A DNA stretch of 64,000 nucleotides from an uncultured delta proteobacterium. GTDB taxonomy: Bacteria; Desulfobacterota; Desulfobacteria; Desulfobacterales; Desulfatirhabdiaceae. Positions 9,289 to 19,383 of the stretch are shown here, in pieces. The notes below the pieces were generated by a model that saw only the letters and a list, made by a program, of their open reading frames with translations, was not told the origin of the DNA and searched no databases. Position 1 is the stretch's first letter, and each line of letters begins with the position of its first letter. Position numbers and translations under genes: made by a program. The stretch spans positions 10,107-74,106 of the forward strand of contig CAWKLD010000002.1 in the NCBI GenBank assembly GCA_963850225.1, given 5' to 3'.

Positions 9289-10623
9289 TCAGATTTCTGA
9301 ACCCTCTGCTTTTCTCAAATAACGGTACAGTGTCGCCCTTCCTACGCCCAGCAACTTTGCAGCCTTGACCTTGTTGCCGCCGGCACGCTCAAGCGCGGAT
9401 TTCACCAGGTAATCATTGAGCTTTCCCGGTTGATTCCGCGATTTCCCCGGCTGGGTCTTGGAATGAATTTCAATGGGAAGATCCTCCGACGCAATGATGT
9501 TTCCCTGACTTTTCACAACCGCGTACTGAATGGCGTTCTGAAGTTCCCGAACATTTCCCGGCCAGCGATAGTCCGTCATCAGAGACAATGCCTCGATGGA
9601 AATCCTTCTCGGCCTCTGTCCGTTTCGCCTGGCGGCCTCCTTGAGGAAATGTTCGATCAGAAGGGGGATGTCGCTTTTTCGCTCCCGAAGCGGTGGCAGG
9701 CAAATGGGAATCACATTAAGGCGATAATACAGGTCATCCCGGAAACGGTTCAACCGGACTTCTTTTTTAAGATCTTTATTGGTGGCACTGGTTACCTTGA
9801 CGTTCACCGAAACTGTTTTTTCCCCGCCGACCCGCTCGAATTCACCTTCCTGAAGAAACCGCAACAGCTTCACCTGAACCGGCTTGGTCAGGTCCGCCAC
9901 TTCATCCAGAAAGACCGTTCCGCCGTCAGCCAGCTCAAAGCGCCCTTTTTTATCCCGTATCGCACCGCTAAAGGCGCCTTTTACATGCCCGAAAAGCTCG
10001 CTCTCGATCAGACTTTCGGGCAGGGCACCGCAGTTGATGGGCACAAAGGGTCCCTGGCTTCGCGGGCTTTCACTGTGAAGCGCAGCGGCAACCAGCTCTT
10101 TTCCCGTTCCGGTTTCGCCGGAAATATGGACCGGGTAATCATAACCGGCTATGTTGCGAATCTGATGAAAAATTTCCAGCATCTTGACATCCTGGCCGAT
10201 GATATCGGCAAACCCCTGGGGTTTCTCTGCCTTCAGCTGGAGATTCAAAAGACCCGTTACATCACGAAACGCGGCCAGAACCCCTAGAAGTGTCCCATGG
10301 TTATCCGCCATTGCCGTAACACGCATCTCGATTCGCCGGAATTCCCCCTGCCGGGTCTGGATATGCGTAATACATTCATCCTTTTCACCAACCACCGGCT
10401 GATCGCTGCAAAAATGACAGCGGTTGCCACAAAAAGGCTTTCCAAATGCCAGGTGACAATCTTTACCCAGGACTTCTTCCTTGGAAAATCCGGTTATTTT
10501 TTCAGCCTCCTGATTAAAATAGAAAATTCGCCGGTGGGTATCATGAGCAATAATCCCTTCCTTGAGATTATCCAGAACCCGCTCAAGATTATGGGCATAA
10601 GAAATGATTTCTTCCAGCAACAA
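9289..10623 (-). CDS. sigma-54-dependent transcriptional activator with a Cys-rich PAS sensor
   Basis: 444 aa. N-terminal PAS (GFSKEEVLGKDC...) carrying C-X8-C-X3-C-X2-C. AAA+ core GETGTGKELVA and the GAFSGA (GAFTGA variant) loop. C-terminal Fis-type HTH. Confidence 0.85.
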   Translation of the reverse strand: MLLEEIISYAHNLERVLDNLKEGIIAHDTHRRIFYFNQEAEKITGFSKEEVLGKDCHLAFGKPFCGNRCHFCSDQPVVGEKDECITHIQTRQGEFRRIEMRVTAMADNHGTLLGVLAAFRDVTGLLNLQLKAEKPQGFADIIGQDVKMLEIFHQIRNIAGYDYPVHISGETGTGKELVAAALHSESPRSQGPFVPINCGALPESLIESELFGHVKGAFSGAIRDKKGRFELADGGTVFLDEVADLTKPVQVKLLRFLQEGEFERVGGEKTVSVNVKVTSATNKDLKKEVRLNRFRDDLYYRLNVIPICLPPLRERKSDIPLLIEHFLKEAARRNGQRPRRISIEALSLMTDYRWPGNVRELQNAIQYAVVKSQGNIIASEDLPIEIHSKTQPGKSRNQPGKLNDYLVKSALERAGGNKVKAAKLLGVGRATLYRYLRKAEGSEI

Positions 10624-10937
10624 AGCGGCGTTATCCTTCGTTAGAGTGTATATCGGAGTTCAGCGCCATCAGCAAAGAGTGAAGTTATGAGAACTGACCT
10701 ATTTTCGCTTTTCCGGCATAAGCGGGTTCTTTGCCCTGTTGACTTGTGTATATGAGATGATATTAAAAGTCAATTGCCAGATCATCATTCTCATTGACAA
10801 GTTTTCAATTTCATTTTACTTAGATAGATGATATTTTCGAATCGATTTCCATTCACATAGATGCCACATCCCTCATTCATTCTTTTGCAAGTTACATATC
10901 GAGGATTGCTTTCATTATATATTTAAGGAGGCCAACG

Positions 10938-11228
10938 ATGGCGCTATCAAAGGAAAAAAGCAAAAAACGAAGAATCACTTTTTCACTGAGCGCCGATAAA
11001 GCCGCCCGGGTTGCCTTGGCGGGCGACTTTAACAAGTGGAGTGAGACCGCACATCCCATGAAAAAAAACAAAAAAGGTATATGGGAAAAAATCCTGATTC
11101 TGGATATCGGCCGATATGAATATAAGTTTCTGGTGGACGGCCATTGGCAGAGTGATCCCCAAAACGGTCAGGTCTGCAGAAACTGCTTTGGGACCATTAA
11201 CAATGTTCTGATGGTTACCCATCCATGA
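10938..11228 (+). CDS. CBM48/AMPK-beta glycogen-binding (isoamylase early-set) domain protein
   Basis: 96 aa. VALAGDFNKWSE...YEYKFLVDGHWQSDPQN pattern of CBM48. Stop overlaps the next start (ATGA at 11225). Confidence 0.75.
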   Translation: MALSKEKSKKRRITFSLSADKAARVALAGDFNKWSETAHPMKKNKKGIWEKILILDIGRYEYKFLVDGHWQSDPQNGQVCRNCFGTINNVLMVTHP

Positions 11229-14200
11229 CCGTATCCAACCGCCTTCGGCAAAGTCCGTTGCCCGGAAACCATATTGTGGCGTTTCGAGGGGATGTCCAGA
11301 CATTTTCACTCAGCCTGGATTCCCCTTTGAAAGGAAAAGCATGGATTCGAACCAACATCGGCCATATTGGGGTCTACCGCAAAGAAATCATTGATCGCGT
11401 CGAACAGGGGATTCCCTCGCTCGACCAGGATTGGTTCGACATGCCCATGCGCCGGATTCATGACCGGCTGTTTCAGATTACCCTTGCCCTGACAGAAATC
11501 GGCCATGCCGAGGCCAAATGCTTTTTTCTCGAAGACGGCAAATCAGATCCAGAATGGCCTGAAGGCTCTAATACGGTTCTCAACGTCGGATCGGCCCATA
11601 CCTGCTGCGCCAACATTATTTATAACGCATTTGTCCGGCAGTTCGGCCCGAACAAGGCTGGAAATGCCGTTCCGCCTGTGGAAGAACAAAGCTGGATTCA
11701 CGATCTTGACAAGGCCGGGTATACGGTGATTCCCAAATCCGGCACTTTCCGCGATCTGATTGGTGAGCTGGATTTCATCTTCGGAACGCTTGGCTGCAGG
11801 TTTCTGCACCTTTTGCCCATTCACCCGACGCCGACAACCTACGCGCGAATGGGACGATTTGGAAGTCCTTATGCGGCGCTCAGCTTTACGGCCGTGGACC
11901 CGGCCCTGGCGCAATTTGATCCCACAGGCCACGCCACTCGAACAGTTCATCGAACTGGTGGATGCGGTGCATGCCCGCAATGCGCAAATCCTGATCGATA
12001 TCGCTCCCAATCACACGGGCTGGGCAGCCGGCCTTCATGAAACCCATCCCGAGTGGCTGGTTCGCGGAAAGGACGGCCGCATCGAAGTTCCCGGAGCCTG
12101 GGGCGTTCAGTGGGAAGACCTCACCCGGCTGGACTATTCCAAACCCGAACTTTGGAAGTACATGGCCGAGGTGTTTCTCACCTGGTGCCGCAGAGGGGTG
12201 GACGGATTCCGCTGTGATGCCGGCTACATGATTCCGGTTCCTGCCTGGCAATATATCGTCGCCATTGTCCGGGAACAGTATCCGGATACCATTTTTTTCC
12301 TGGAAGGTCTCGGGGGTAAAATATCCGTTGCACGGGATATTCTAAATACGGCCGGTTTTGACTGGGCCTATTCCGAACTGTTTCAAAACTATGATCGCGG
12401 CCAGATCGAAGCCTATCTTCCCGGCGCCCTGGATATTTCCCGGCAAGACGGTCTTCTGGTGCATTTTGCCGAAACCCACGACAACAACCGCCTGGCGGCC
12501 CGCTCCATTTCTTATGCCCGAATGCGGACCGCACTTTGCGCGCTGTTTTCCCATCTGGGAGGCTTCGGGTTTGCCAATGGCGTGGAATGGCTGGCCACGG
12601 AAAAAATCATTGTCCATGAATCCCCTTCCCTGAATTGGGGCGCAGAAATCAACCAGATCGATTTGATTCGCCGGTTAAACGCCATATTAAAGACGCATCC
12701 GGCGTTTCAGGATCAGCCCAGCATCCATCTCGTTCAGGCCGGCTCCGGCAATCATCTTGCCCTGCTGCGCTGCCATGGGCCTTTGCAGAAAAAACTTCTG
12801 GTTGTGGTCAACCTGGATGATCAGAAGTCCGCCCCGGCATTCTGGACGCCCCAACACGCGTCGCTTCGGCTCTGGGATCTTCTCTCCGATGAAGCCATTG
12901 CGCTTTCCGAATTTGAAGGCCTCCATTCCTGCAATCTCGCCCCTGGCCAGGTGCTGTGCCTCACTGACGATTTCAGCGACATTCACAGACTTCACCAGGA
13001 ACTGGAACAGCCCCCGGCAGTTCCGGATCATCTCAACCGCCAGTGTCTCAGGGCAAAAATTCTGGATATCCAAAAGGCAATCCACGGACTTCAGGATATC
13101 GAAGACCTTGATTTGAATCAGACCGCATCCCTTCTGGCTGAGGACCCGGTTGCCTGTTGCCTCAAGCTCAATCCTTTCACCAGCGAGCCCCGCATCATCT
13201 TCTGGAACTGGCCTCAGGACGGCCGTCGCCTGGTAATGATTCCTCCGGATCATTTTCTGCTGATCCGCGCCCGAAATGCTTTCCGGGCCAGAATCACAGA
13301 CGGCGACAAGACCCTTGTTCAGGAACAGAGTTTGACCGGTTCAAACGGCAGTCATTTTGCTCTCTTTACTCCCCTGCCCGCTCCATCCTGTTCCCGCGTT
13401 TACGGGTTGAAACTGTCGGTTTTTTCGCCGGAGCGCTGCGAGCATCTGGATGCATCCATTCTGGCCTTGTCACGGCCGGATGATCCTTGTTTTCCGCCCC
13501 TTTACACCCATGCCGACATGGCGGGTTCGAAGGCCCTGTTTCTGTCCACGAACGACCGGGGTGCCATGCTTCGCGCGCCTGTCGCCTGGGGCGATTTGAC
13601 CAGCCGGTATGATGCGCTGCTGGCAGCGAATCTGAATCCGGATATTCCCGAAAACCGCTGGATCATGATGACCCGTTTTCGCGCCTGGGGGCTTTACCAG
13701 GGGTATTCCACAGAAATCTGCATGGACTGTTTCGACGCCTTTACCCAGGACAAATCCGGCTGGGGGTTCTGGCGGTTTCGCATCCCTTCCGGCCAGGGAG
13801 AGCATGTGCTTATTACCGTCGGAATGCGGTTGGATCCTCATGAGAATCGGCTGCGAATGATCTGGTTTCGTTATCCGGCTGACGGCAATCTTTCTTCCCT
13901 TCCGGATGCAAAGCCCGTCCAGGTAATTCTTCGCCCGGATATTGAAAACCGGAACTTTCACGAAACCACCAAGGCATATCTTGGATCGGAAACCCTGTTC
14001 CCGACCCATGTTACAGCCGGACCCGACGGTTTTATTTTTCATCCGGATCCGTTTCATCGCCTGGAAGTCAGCGCGCCGGCCGCCCAGTACCATTCCGAGT
14101 CGCAATGGCTGTATATGGTTCATCGCAGCCTCGAAGCCGAACGGGGACTGGATCCTGATTCGGACCTGTTCAGCCCCGGGTATTTTTCAATTTCACTAAC

Positions 14201-15516
14201 CGGCGGACAAAAAGCCGAGCTGACGGCGTGCATCACGGCAACCGACACCACGCCCCCGGCCCAGAACCCAGCCACGCTTCGGCAAAAAAATTGCCGCGGT
14301 TTTCGACAGTCCGGCCGGACCGTCTTTTTTTGAGGGATTAAAAGCCGCTCTTAATCAGTATATCGTCAACCGCGGGAATCTCAAATCCGTGATTGCTGGC
14401 TATCCCTGGTTTCTGGACTGGGGCCGCGATGCGCTGATCGCAGTCCGGGGCATGGTCGCAGCTGGGTTTCTGAGCGAAGCGCGGGATGTTCTTATCCAGT
14501 TCGGTCAGTTCGAGCACCATGGAACTCTTCCGAACATGATCTGCGGAGACGACGACGCCAACCGCGACACCTCTGATGCCCCGCTCTGGTTTTTTGTCGC
14601 TTGCAACGATCTGATCCGGGCCGAAGGCAAGGACCGGTTTTTAAACCACTCCTGCGGAAACCGGACCCTTCGGGAAGTCCTGATTTCCATCGGTGAGTCC
14701 TATCTATCCGGAACGTCAAACGGCATTCGCATTGATCCGGATACCGGACTTGTTTTCAGCCCTGCCCACTATACCTGGATGGACACCAACCACCCCGCCG
14801 GAACCCCGCGGGAAGGCTATGCCATTGAAATCCAGGCACTGTGGTTTGCAGCCCTCACGTTCCTGTCCCAACATGATCTGCCGGAGAAATCCGATAAATG
14901 GCATGCACTGGCGGAAAAGGTCCAGCGTTCGGTGATGGAGCTCTTTATCCTTCCAGAAGAAGGATTTCTTTCGGACTGTCTGCATGCCGGACCCGGAATC
15001 CCGGCCCGCATGGCTGAAAGAGATGACGCCTTAAGACCAAACCAACTTCTGGCCATCACCCTGGGGCTGATCTCAAATTCCGGCGTCTGCAGCGCGGTTC
15101 TAGACGCTTGTCAGACGCTTCTGGTTCCCGGAGCCATTCGAAGCTTAGCAGACCGGCCCATGAATCGCCCTCTTGAAATCCGGTATAACGGACAACTCAT
15201 CAATGATCCCCACAACCCCTATCAGGGCCGTTACTCAGGAGATGAAGACACCCGCCGCAAACCCGCCTACCATAACGGAACCGCCTGGACCTGGCAATTT
15301 CCCTCATACTGCGAAGCCTGGATGCTGCGCTACGGCGATGAAGGCAAGGCCACGGCAAGGGCTTTGCTTTACAGCAGCATCGATCTGATTCGAACCGGCT
15401 GTCTCGGCCACATCCCGGAAATCCTGGACGGCAATTTCCCCCACACGCCCCGCGGGTGCGACGCCCAGGCTTGGGGCGTCAGCGAGCTGCTGCGGGTATG
15501 GCTTATGTCGTCGTAA
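11225..15516 (+). pseudogene. glycogen debranching enzyme (alpha-amylase core plus amylo-alpha-1,6-glucosidase/GDE_C), frame interrupted twice
   Basis: ORF pieces 11225..12040, 11760..14333 and 14389..15516 are collinear. Motifs DIAPNHTGW, GFRCDAGY, FFLEGLGG, FAETHDN, then GYPWFLDWGRDALI. Frame switches near 11920-11935 and in the A7 run 14284-14290. Confidence 0.8.
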
Positions 15517-15540
15517 ATAGCCAGAAAAATATTTTTTATT

Positions 15541-16153
15541 ATGGAATATTTTGTAGTTACAATAACGTGTCTTCTGATTGGCATGGCAATTAGAAGGCTC
15601 CCGGATTTTCATGAAGAGACAGGAAGTGTATTAAATTTATTTGTCATTTATATATCTTTGCCCGCTTTGATCCTTCTTAAAATTCCGGACCTGGTCTTTA
15701 CCAGTAATTTACTGGTACCTACTTTAATGCCCTGGGTGATGTTGTTGTTGACCTGTTCTGCAATATTGCTCTTGTCTAAAGCTTTAAAATGGGATCGCGC
15801 TACGACAGGCTGCCTACTCCTTTTAATTCCTTTAGGGAACACATCTTTTTAATTATTGCAGTTGGTTATCAACTAACACTGCGACTGAACAGAGAAGTGA
15901 CCTCGCAGCTATGCATTGGACTCTCAATAAAGTTAATCGCAGCCCCGGCTTCGGCTATTTTCTTTGTAATATAGAGGGTTTATCAGGAGAAGCCGTCCAG
16001 TTATCAATATTTGAATCCGGCATGCCACCCATGGTTTCAGCCGGCGCATTGGCAATTTTGGCCAATCTCTCACCTAAGCTAGCTGCAGCCTTGGTTGGCA
16101 TAGGTATTGTTTTGAGTTTCGTTACATTACCATTGCTTTATCAAATGCTGTAA
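15541..16153 (+). pseudogene. auxin efflux carrier (AEC) family transporter remnant
   Basis: N-terminal piece 15541..15852 (...LNLFVIYISLPALILL...LIPLGNTSF) and C-terminal piece 15911..16153 (...FESGMPPMVSAGALAI...VTLPLLYQML). The total span is about 204 codons against roughly 300 for the family, so there are frame switches plus an internal deletion. Confidence 0.65.
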
Positions 16154-16162
16154 TAATAGGAG

Positions 16163-16942
16163 ATGATAATGAAAGAACCGCGTTTAAAAGGCAAAATTGC
16201 GTTGATTACAGGTGGAAACCGGGGGCTGGGAAAAGATGTTGCGCTACGATTGGCCGGGCATGGGGCGGATGTTATCATTACCTATAGAAACCATCAGGAT
16301 GAAGCCCAGACAGTGGTGGCGCAAATAGAGCAAAAAAACCAGAAGGCGGCAGCCCTTCAGCTGGATATTTCACAAATCAATACGCTGGACGCATTCTGCA
16401 GCCAGGTTCTACAAAAACTGCGGGATGTATGGGGAGCTGAAAAGCTGAACTTTCTCATCAATAATGCTGGTTTTGGTGGTCGCGCACCGATTGGACAGAC
16501 TTCAGAAGCGCTTTTTGACAGTTTGTGCAACGTGCATTTCAAAGGCGTCTATTTTCTTACCGAGAAAATCCTGCCTCTGATATCTGATAATGGAAGAATC
16601 GTGAATTACGCATCCGGACTCACCCGGTTTTGCGTACCAGGTCTTGCCGCCTATGCTTCCATGAAAGGGGCGATTGAGGTCTTCACAAAGTATCTTGCCA
16701 AAGAACTGGGTTCAAGGGGCATCACGGCAAATATTGTGGCCCCGGGGGCGATTGACAATGATTTTAATAAAGCGAATTTTGTTGCCCATCCGGAAGTTAA
16801 AGACTATCTCGCCTCCCAAACCGCTTTAGGCAGAGTCGGCGTTTCGGAAGATATTGGCGGAGTCGTTGCCTTTTTATGTTCAGAGGATGCCAGATGGGTG
16901 AACGCGCAACGCATAGAGGCTTCCGGCGGGATGTTTTTATAG
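16163..16942 (+). CDS. SDR family oxidoreductase
   Basis: 259 aa. TGGNRGLG cofactor motif, NNAG, and YASMKGA (YxxxK) catalytic motif. Confidence 0.85.
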   Translation: MIMKEPRLKGKIALITGGNRGLGKDVALRLAGHGADVIITYRNHQDEAQTVVAQIEQKNQKAAALQLDISQINTLDAFCSQVLQKLRDVWGAEKLNFLINNAGFGGRAPIGQTSEALFDSLCNVHFKGVYFLTEKILPLISDNGRIVNYASGLTRFCVPGLAAYASMKGAIEVFTKYLAKELGSRGITANIVAPGAIDNDFNKANFVAHPEVKDYLASQTALGRVGVSEDIGGVVAFLCSEDARWVNAQRIEASGGMFL

Positions 16943-17085
16943 GTAATATTTTCGACAGCGCGTCTCTGATGAAGATCCTTGTAATCGATGGATCTTGCCG
17001 TCCAGACATCAGCCAGTGATTATTAATTATGGCTGAATCGAACATATGAGTTGGCGTATGGCAATAAACAGATAAGGAAAACAAC

Positions 17086-17637
17086 ATGAACAACTGCCTG
17101 ATATTGATTGATCTTCAAAATGATTATTTTCCCGGGGGCGCCATGGAGCTTGTCGGCGTCGAAGAAGCTGCAGCAAATGCCCGGATTCTATTGCATGAAT
17201 TCAGAAAGAGAAAATCTCCTGTCATTCATGTCCAGCACATTTCCGCTCACCCTGGCGCGACTTTTTTCTTGCCTGAAACCAACGGGGTCAATATCAATCA
17301 ATTGTTAACTCCTATAGGGAACGAACCCGTTGTTAAAAAAAACTTTCCTAACAGTTTCCGCAGTACCGCCCTGTTGGAAATACTTCAAAAAGAAAAAGCT
17401 GACAATCTTGTTATCTGCGGTGCAATGAGCCATATGTGCATAGACGCCACAACTCGTGCTGCTTTCGATCTGGGTTTTACCTGCATCGTTGCTGAAGATG
17501 CCTGCGCAACAAAAGACCTGGTATTCAAGAGAAGAACCATTAAAGCATCAGATGTTCACGCATCCTTTATGGCTGCATTATCTGCCCCATACGCCAAGGT
17601 AATTCCAACAGCGGAAATCATCCCGAAATGTCCTTGA
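17086..17637 (+). CDS. cysteine hydrolase / isochorismatase family protein
   Basis: 183 aa. LILIDLQNDYF start and the VICGAMSHMCIDATTR catalytic Cys region. Confidence 0.8.
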   Translation: MNNCLILIDLQNDYFPGGAMELVGVEEAAANARILLHEFRKRKSPVIHVQHISAHPGATFFLPETNGVNINQLLTPIGNEPVVKKNFPNSFRSTALLEILQKEKADNLVICGAMSHMCIDATTRAAFDLGFTCIVAEDACATKDLVFKRRTIKASDVHASFMAALSAPYAKVIPTAEIIPKCP

Positions 17638-17725
17638 CAGCATTTAGGGCAGATGCTATCCAGAGTTCTTGAAAAAGTGATTTCTTATAAGCGGTTGCGA
17701 ATAACAACGACATGGGAGGATAAAA

Positions 17726-17965
17726 GTGATGAAAGGCAGGAAGGCTTTTTTGACGGGGATGGCGATCTTGGCCATGGTTGGCATCTGTGGTTGTTGCGGG
17801 GGCGGCACAACGGTTAAGGACAAAAGCACCACGACCACCACAACAACGACCCTGGGTGATGAGCTGAAATCTCTCAAAGATGCCTATGACCAGGGTATTA
17901 TCACCGAGAAGGAATATAACGAATCCAAGGAAACACTCATAAAACAGCGGACCGGAAAAAAATAG
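17726..17965 (+). CDS. small putative lipoprotein with SHOCT-like C-terminus
   Basis: 79 aa. Signal/lipobox-like MAILAMVGICGCCGG, poly-Thr linker, and C-terminus LKSLKDAYDQGIITEKEYNESKETLI resembling the SHOCT domain. Confidence 0.6.
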   Translation: MMKGRKAFLTGMAILAMVGICGCCGGGTTVKDKSTTTTTTTTLGDELKSLKDAYDQGIITEKEYNESKETLIKQRTGKK

Positions 17966-17972
17966 ATAGGCA

Positions 17973-18440
17973 GTGCATAAATGTGGAGAAAACCCGATCT
18001 TGAAAGGATTTCGGATAGATAACAAAAATAGAACCATTATCTTGGCACTGTGCGCCGTATTTTTTTTATTTGCTCCCACTTCCGGCATCTACGCTGGATT
18101 TACGGAAGGGCCAATGAAAAGGCCCCATGTTGACACCCAGACATCCTCATCGACCCGGAAACCCCCGACTTCATGCGTTCAAGTGGTTTTTCTCGAATCC
18201 ATCAAATTCTATCAAAAGTGGATTTCCCCCATAGGCGGAGATCGCTGTGGTTTTCGTCCCAGTTGTTCGAAGTATGGCTATTCGGCTGTCGCAACCCAGG
18301 GCCCAATCGTGGGCCTAATGATGACAGCAGAGCGGTTGACACGGTGCAATATTTTTAAAAAACCCGGTCCCGATTATTTCCTGCTTCCCAACGGAAGACT
18401 CTACGACCCCCTTTCAAATAACCTGATTATGGAAAAATGA
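17973..18440 (+). CDS. YidD-like membrane protein insertion efficiency factor homolog with long N-terminal extension
   Basis: 155 aa. YQKWISPIGGDRCGFRPSCSKYGYSAV...ERLTRCN matches the YidD core. N-terminal TM segment plus about 60-aa linker. Start codon uncertain (non-ATG). Confidence 0.65.
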   Translation: MHKCGENPILKGFRIDNKNRTIILALCAVFFLFAPTSGIYAGFTEGPMKRPHVDTQTSSSTRKPPTSCVQVVFLESIKFYQKWISPIGGDRCGFRPSCSKYGYSAVATQGPIVGLMMTAERLTRCNIFKKPGPDYFLLPNGRLYDPLSNNLIMEK

Positions 18441-19327
18441 GACCATCGATCGGAGTGATAGTTTTATTGATTTTTTGTTTGTGTTCTCCAGTGGACTCGC
18501 CATGCGCTTCAGGAAAAGAAATTCTCCTGACAGAAGACACGGAGTTGAAAGTAGCCGATGCTTTCATGGATGAGCGTGAGTACTACCGGGCGATTACCGA
18601 GTATAAAAAATTCCTGATCCTTTTTCCTGAGTCAGACAAGGCGGATTACGCTTTACTGCACATCGGCATGGCGTATCACCACGGCGAGGAATATGAGGCA
18701 TCTACCCGAACTCTCGCGAATCTGAGGGAGAGATATCCGGAGAGCAGCTATGCTCCCAAGGCCCTGTATTTTGAGGGACTTGGCTATTGGAAGCTCAAGA
18801 AATACTTAAATGCAAAAACCGCCTTGGAAGGGCTCGCGGCCTCCTATCCAGGCTCCGATTATGCGCCCCTGGGGCTGGTTGCGGATTCAATACTGGCGCT
18901 GGATCAGGACGATATTAGCGCCGGCAGGCGAGGCGTGGAAAAATTGCTCGCTGCCTATCCCGATTATCCAGCTTCTAAGAGGGCAAATGAAACGTTACGG
19001 CTCTTTGACCAATATCAGGGCCTTCCCAAAAAGTCGGAAACCCTGGCCGGTATCTTGTCGGCAGTGGTGCCGGGAAGTGGCTATATTTATGCTGAACATT
19101 ACGGTGATGGCATTACCGCCTTTCTCATCAATGCGCTGGCTATTGCCGGAACTGTAACCGCTGTCTATAACGAGAACTATGCCGTAGCCGCCATTGTTGG
19201 CGGCATCGGGCTGCCCTTCTACCTCGGCAATATTTTCGGTTCTGCCAATGCCGCGAAGAAATGGAACATTGCTGTGAGGAACGAATTGCTCAACAGGATC
19301 TCCGTAACCCTCGACTACGATTTTTAG
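18437..19327 (+). CDS. TPR-repeat protein with C-terminal membrane segments
   Basis: 296 aa. ATG overlaps the yidD-like stop (ATGA). Signal peptide, BamD/YfiO-like TPR repeats (YYRAITEYKKFLILFPES..., YAPKALYFEGLGYWK), and Gly-rich TM helices at the C-terminus. Confidence 0.65.
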   Translation: MRPSIGVIVLLIFCLCSPVDSPCASGKEILLTEDTELKVADAFMDEREYYRAITEYKKFLILFPESDKADYALLHIGMAYHHGEEYEASTRTLANLRERYPESSYAPKALYFEGLGYWKLKKYLNAKTALEGLAASYPGSDYAPLGLVADSILALDQDDISAGRRGVEKLLAAYPDYPASKRANETLRLFDQYQGLPKKSETLAGILSAVVPGSGYIYAEHYGDGITAFLINALAIAGTVTAVYNENYAVAAIVGGIGLPFYLGNIFGSANAAKKWNIAVRNELLNRISVTLDYDF

Positions 19328-19383
19328 GAAGTCGTCCGGACCATCCGTCATTGTCGGCCGGTCGTCATTTATGATAGAGTAAT

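Noticed and set aside
7184-10623. The idea that the adjacent sigma-54 activator controls cooS
   Set aside because: The genes are convergent. I found no -24/-12 promoter upstream of cooS, whereas a plausible sigma-70 promoter is present there.
14284-14391. Possible stop-codon read-through, selenocysteine or programmed frameshift joining the debranching enzyme pieces
   Set aside because: The downstream piece is in a different frame (+1), not in frame with the TGA at 14331. The switch maps to an A7 run, and identical +1 switches occur in many unrelated genes. This looks like an indel, not recoding.
17790-17850. Repetitive ACC/ACG/ACA run
   Set aside because: It encodes a poly-Thr linker (STTTTTTTT) inside the small lipoprotein. 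It is not a DNA repeat element or CRISPR-like array.
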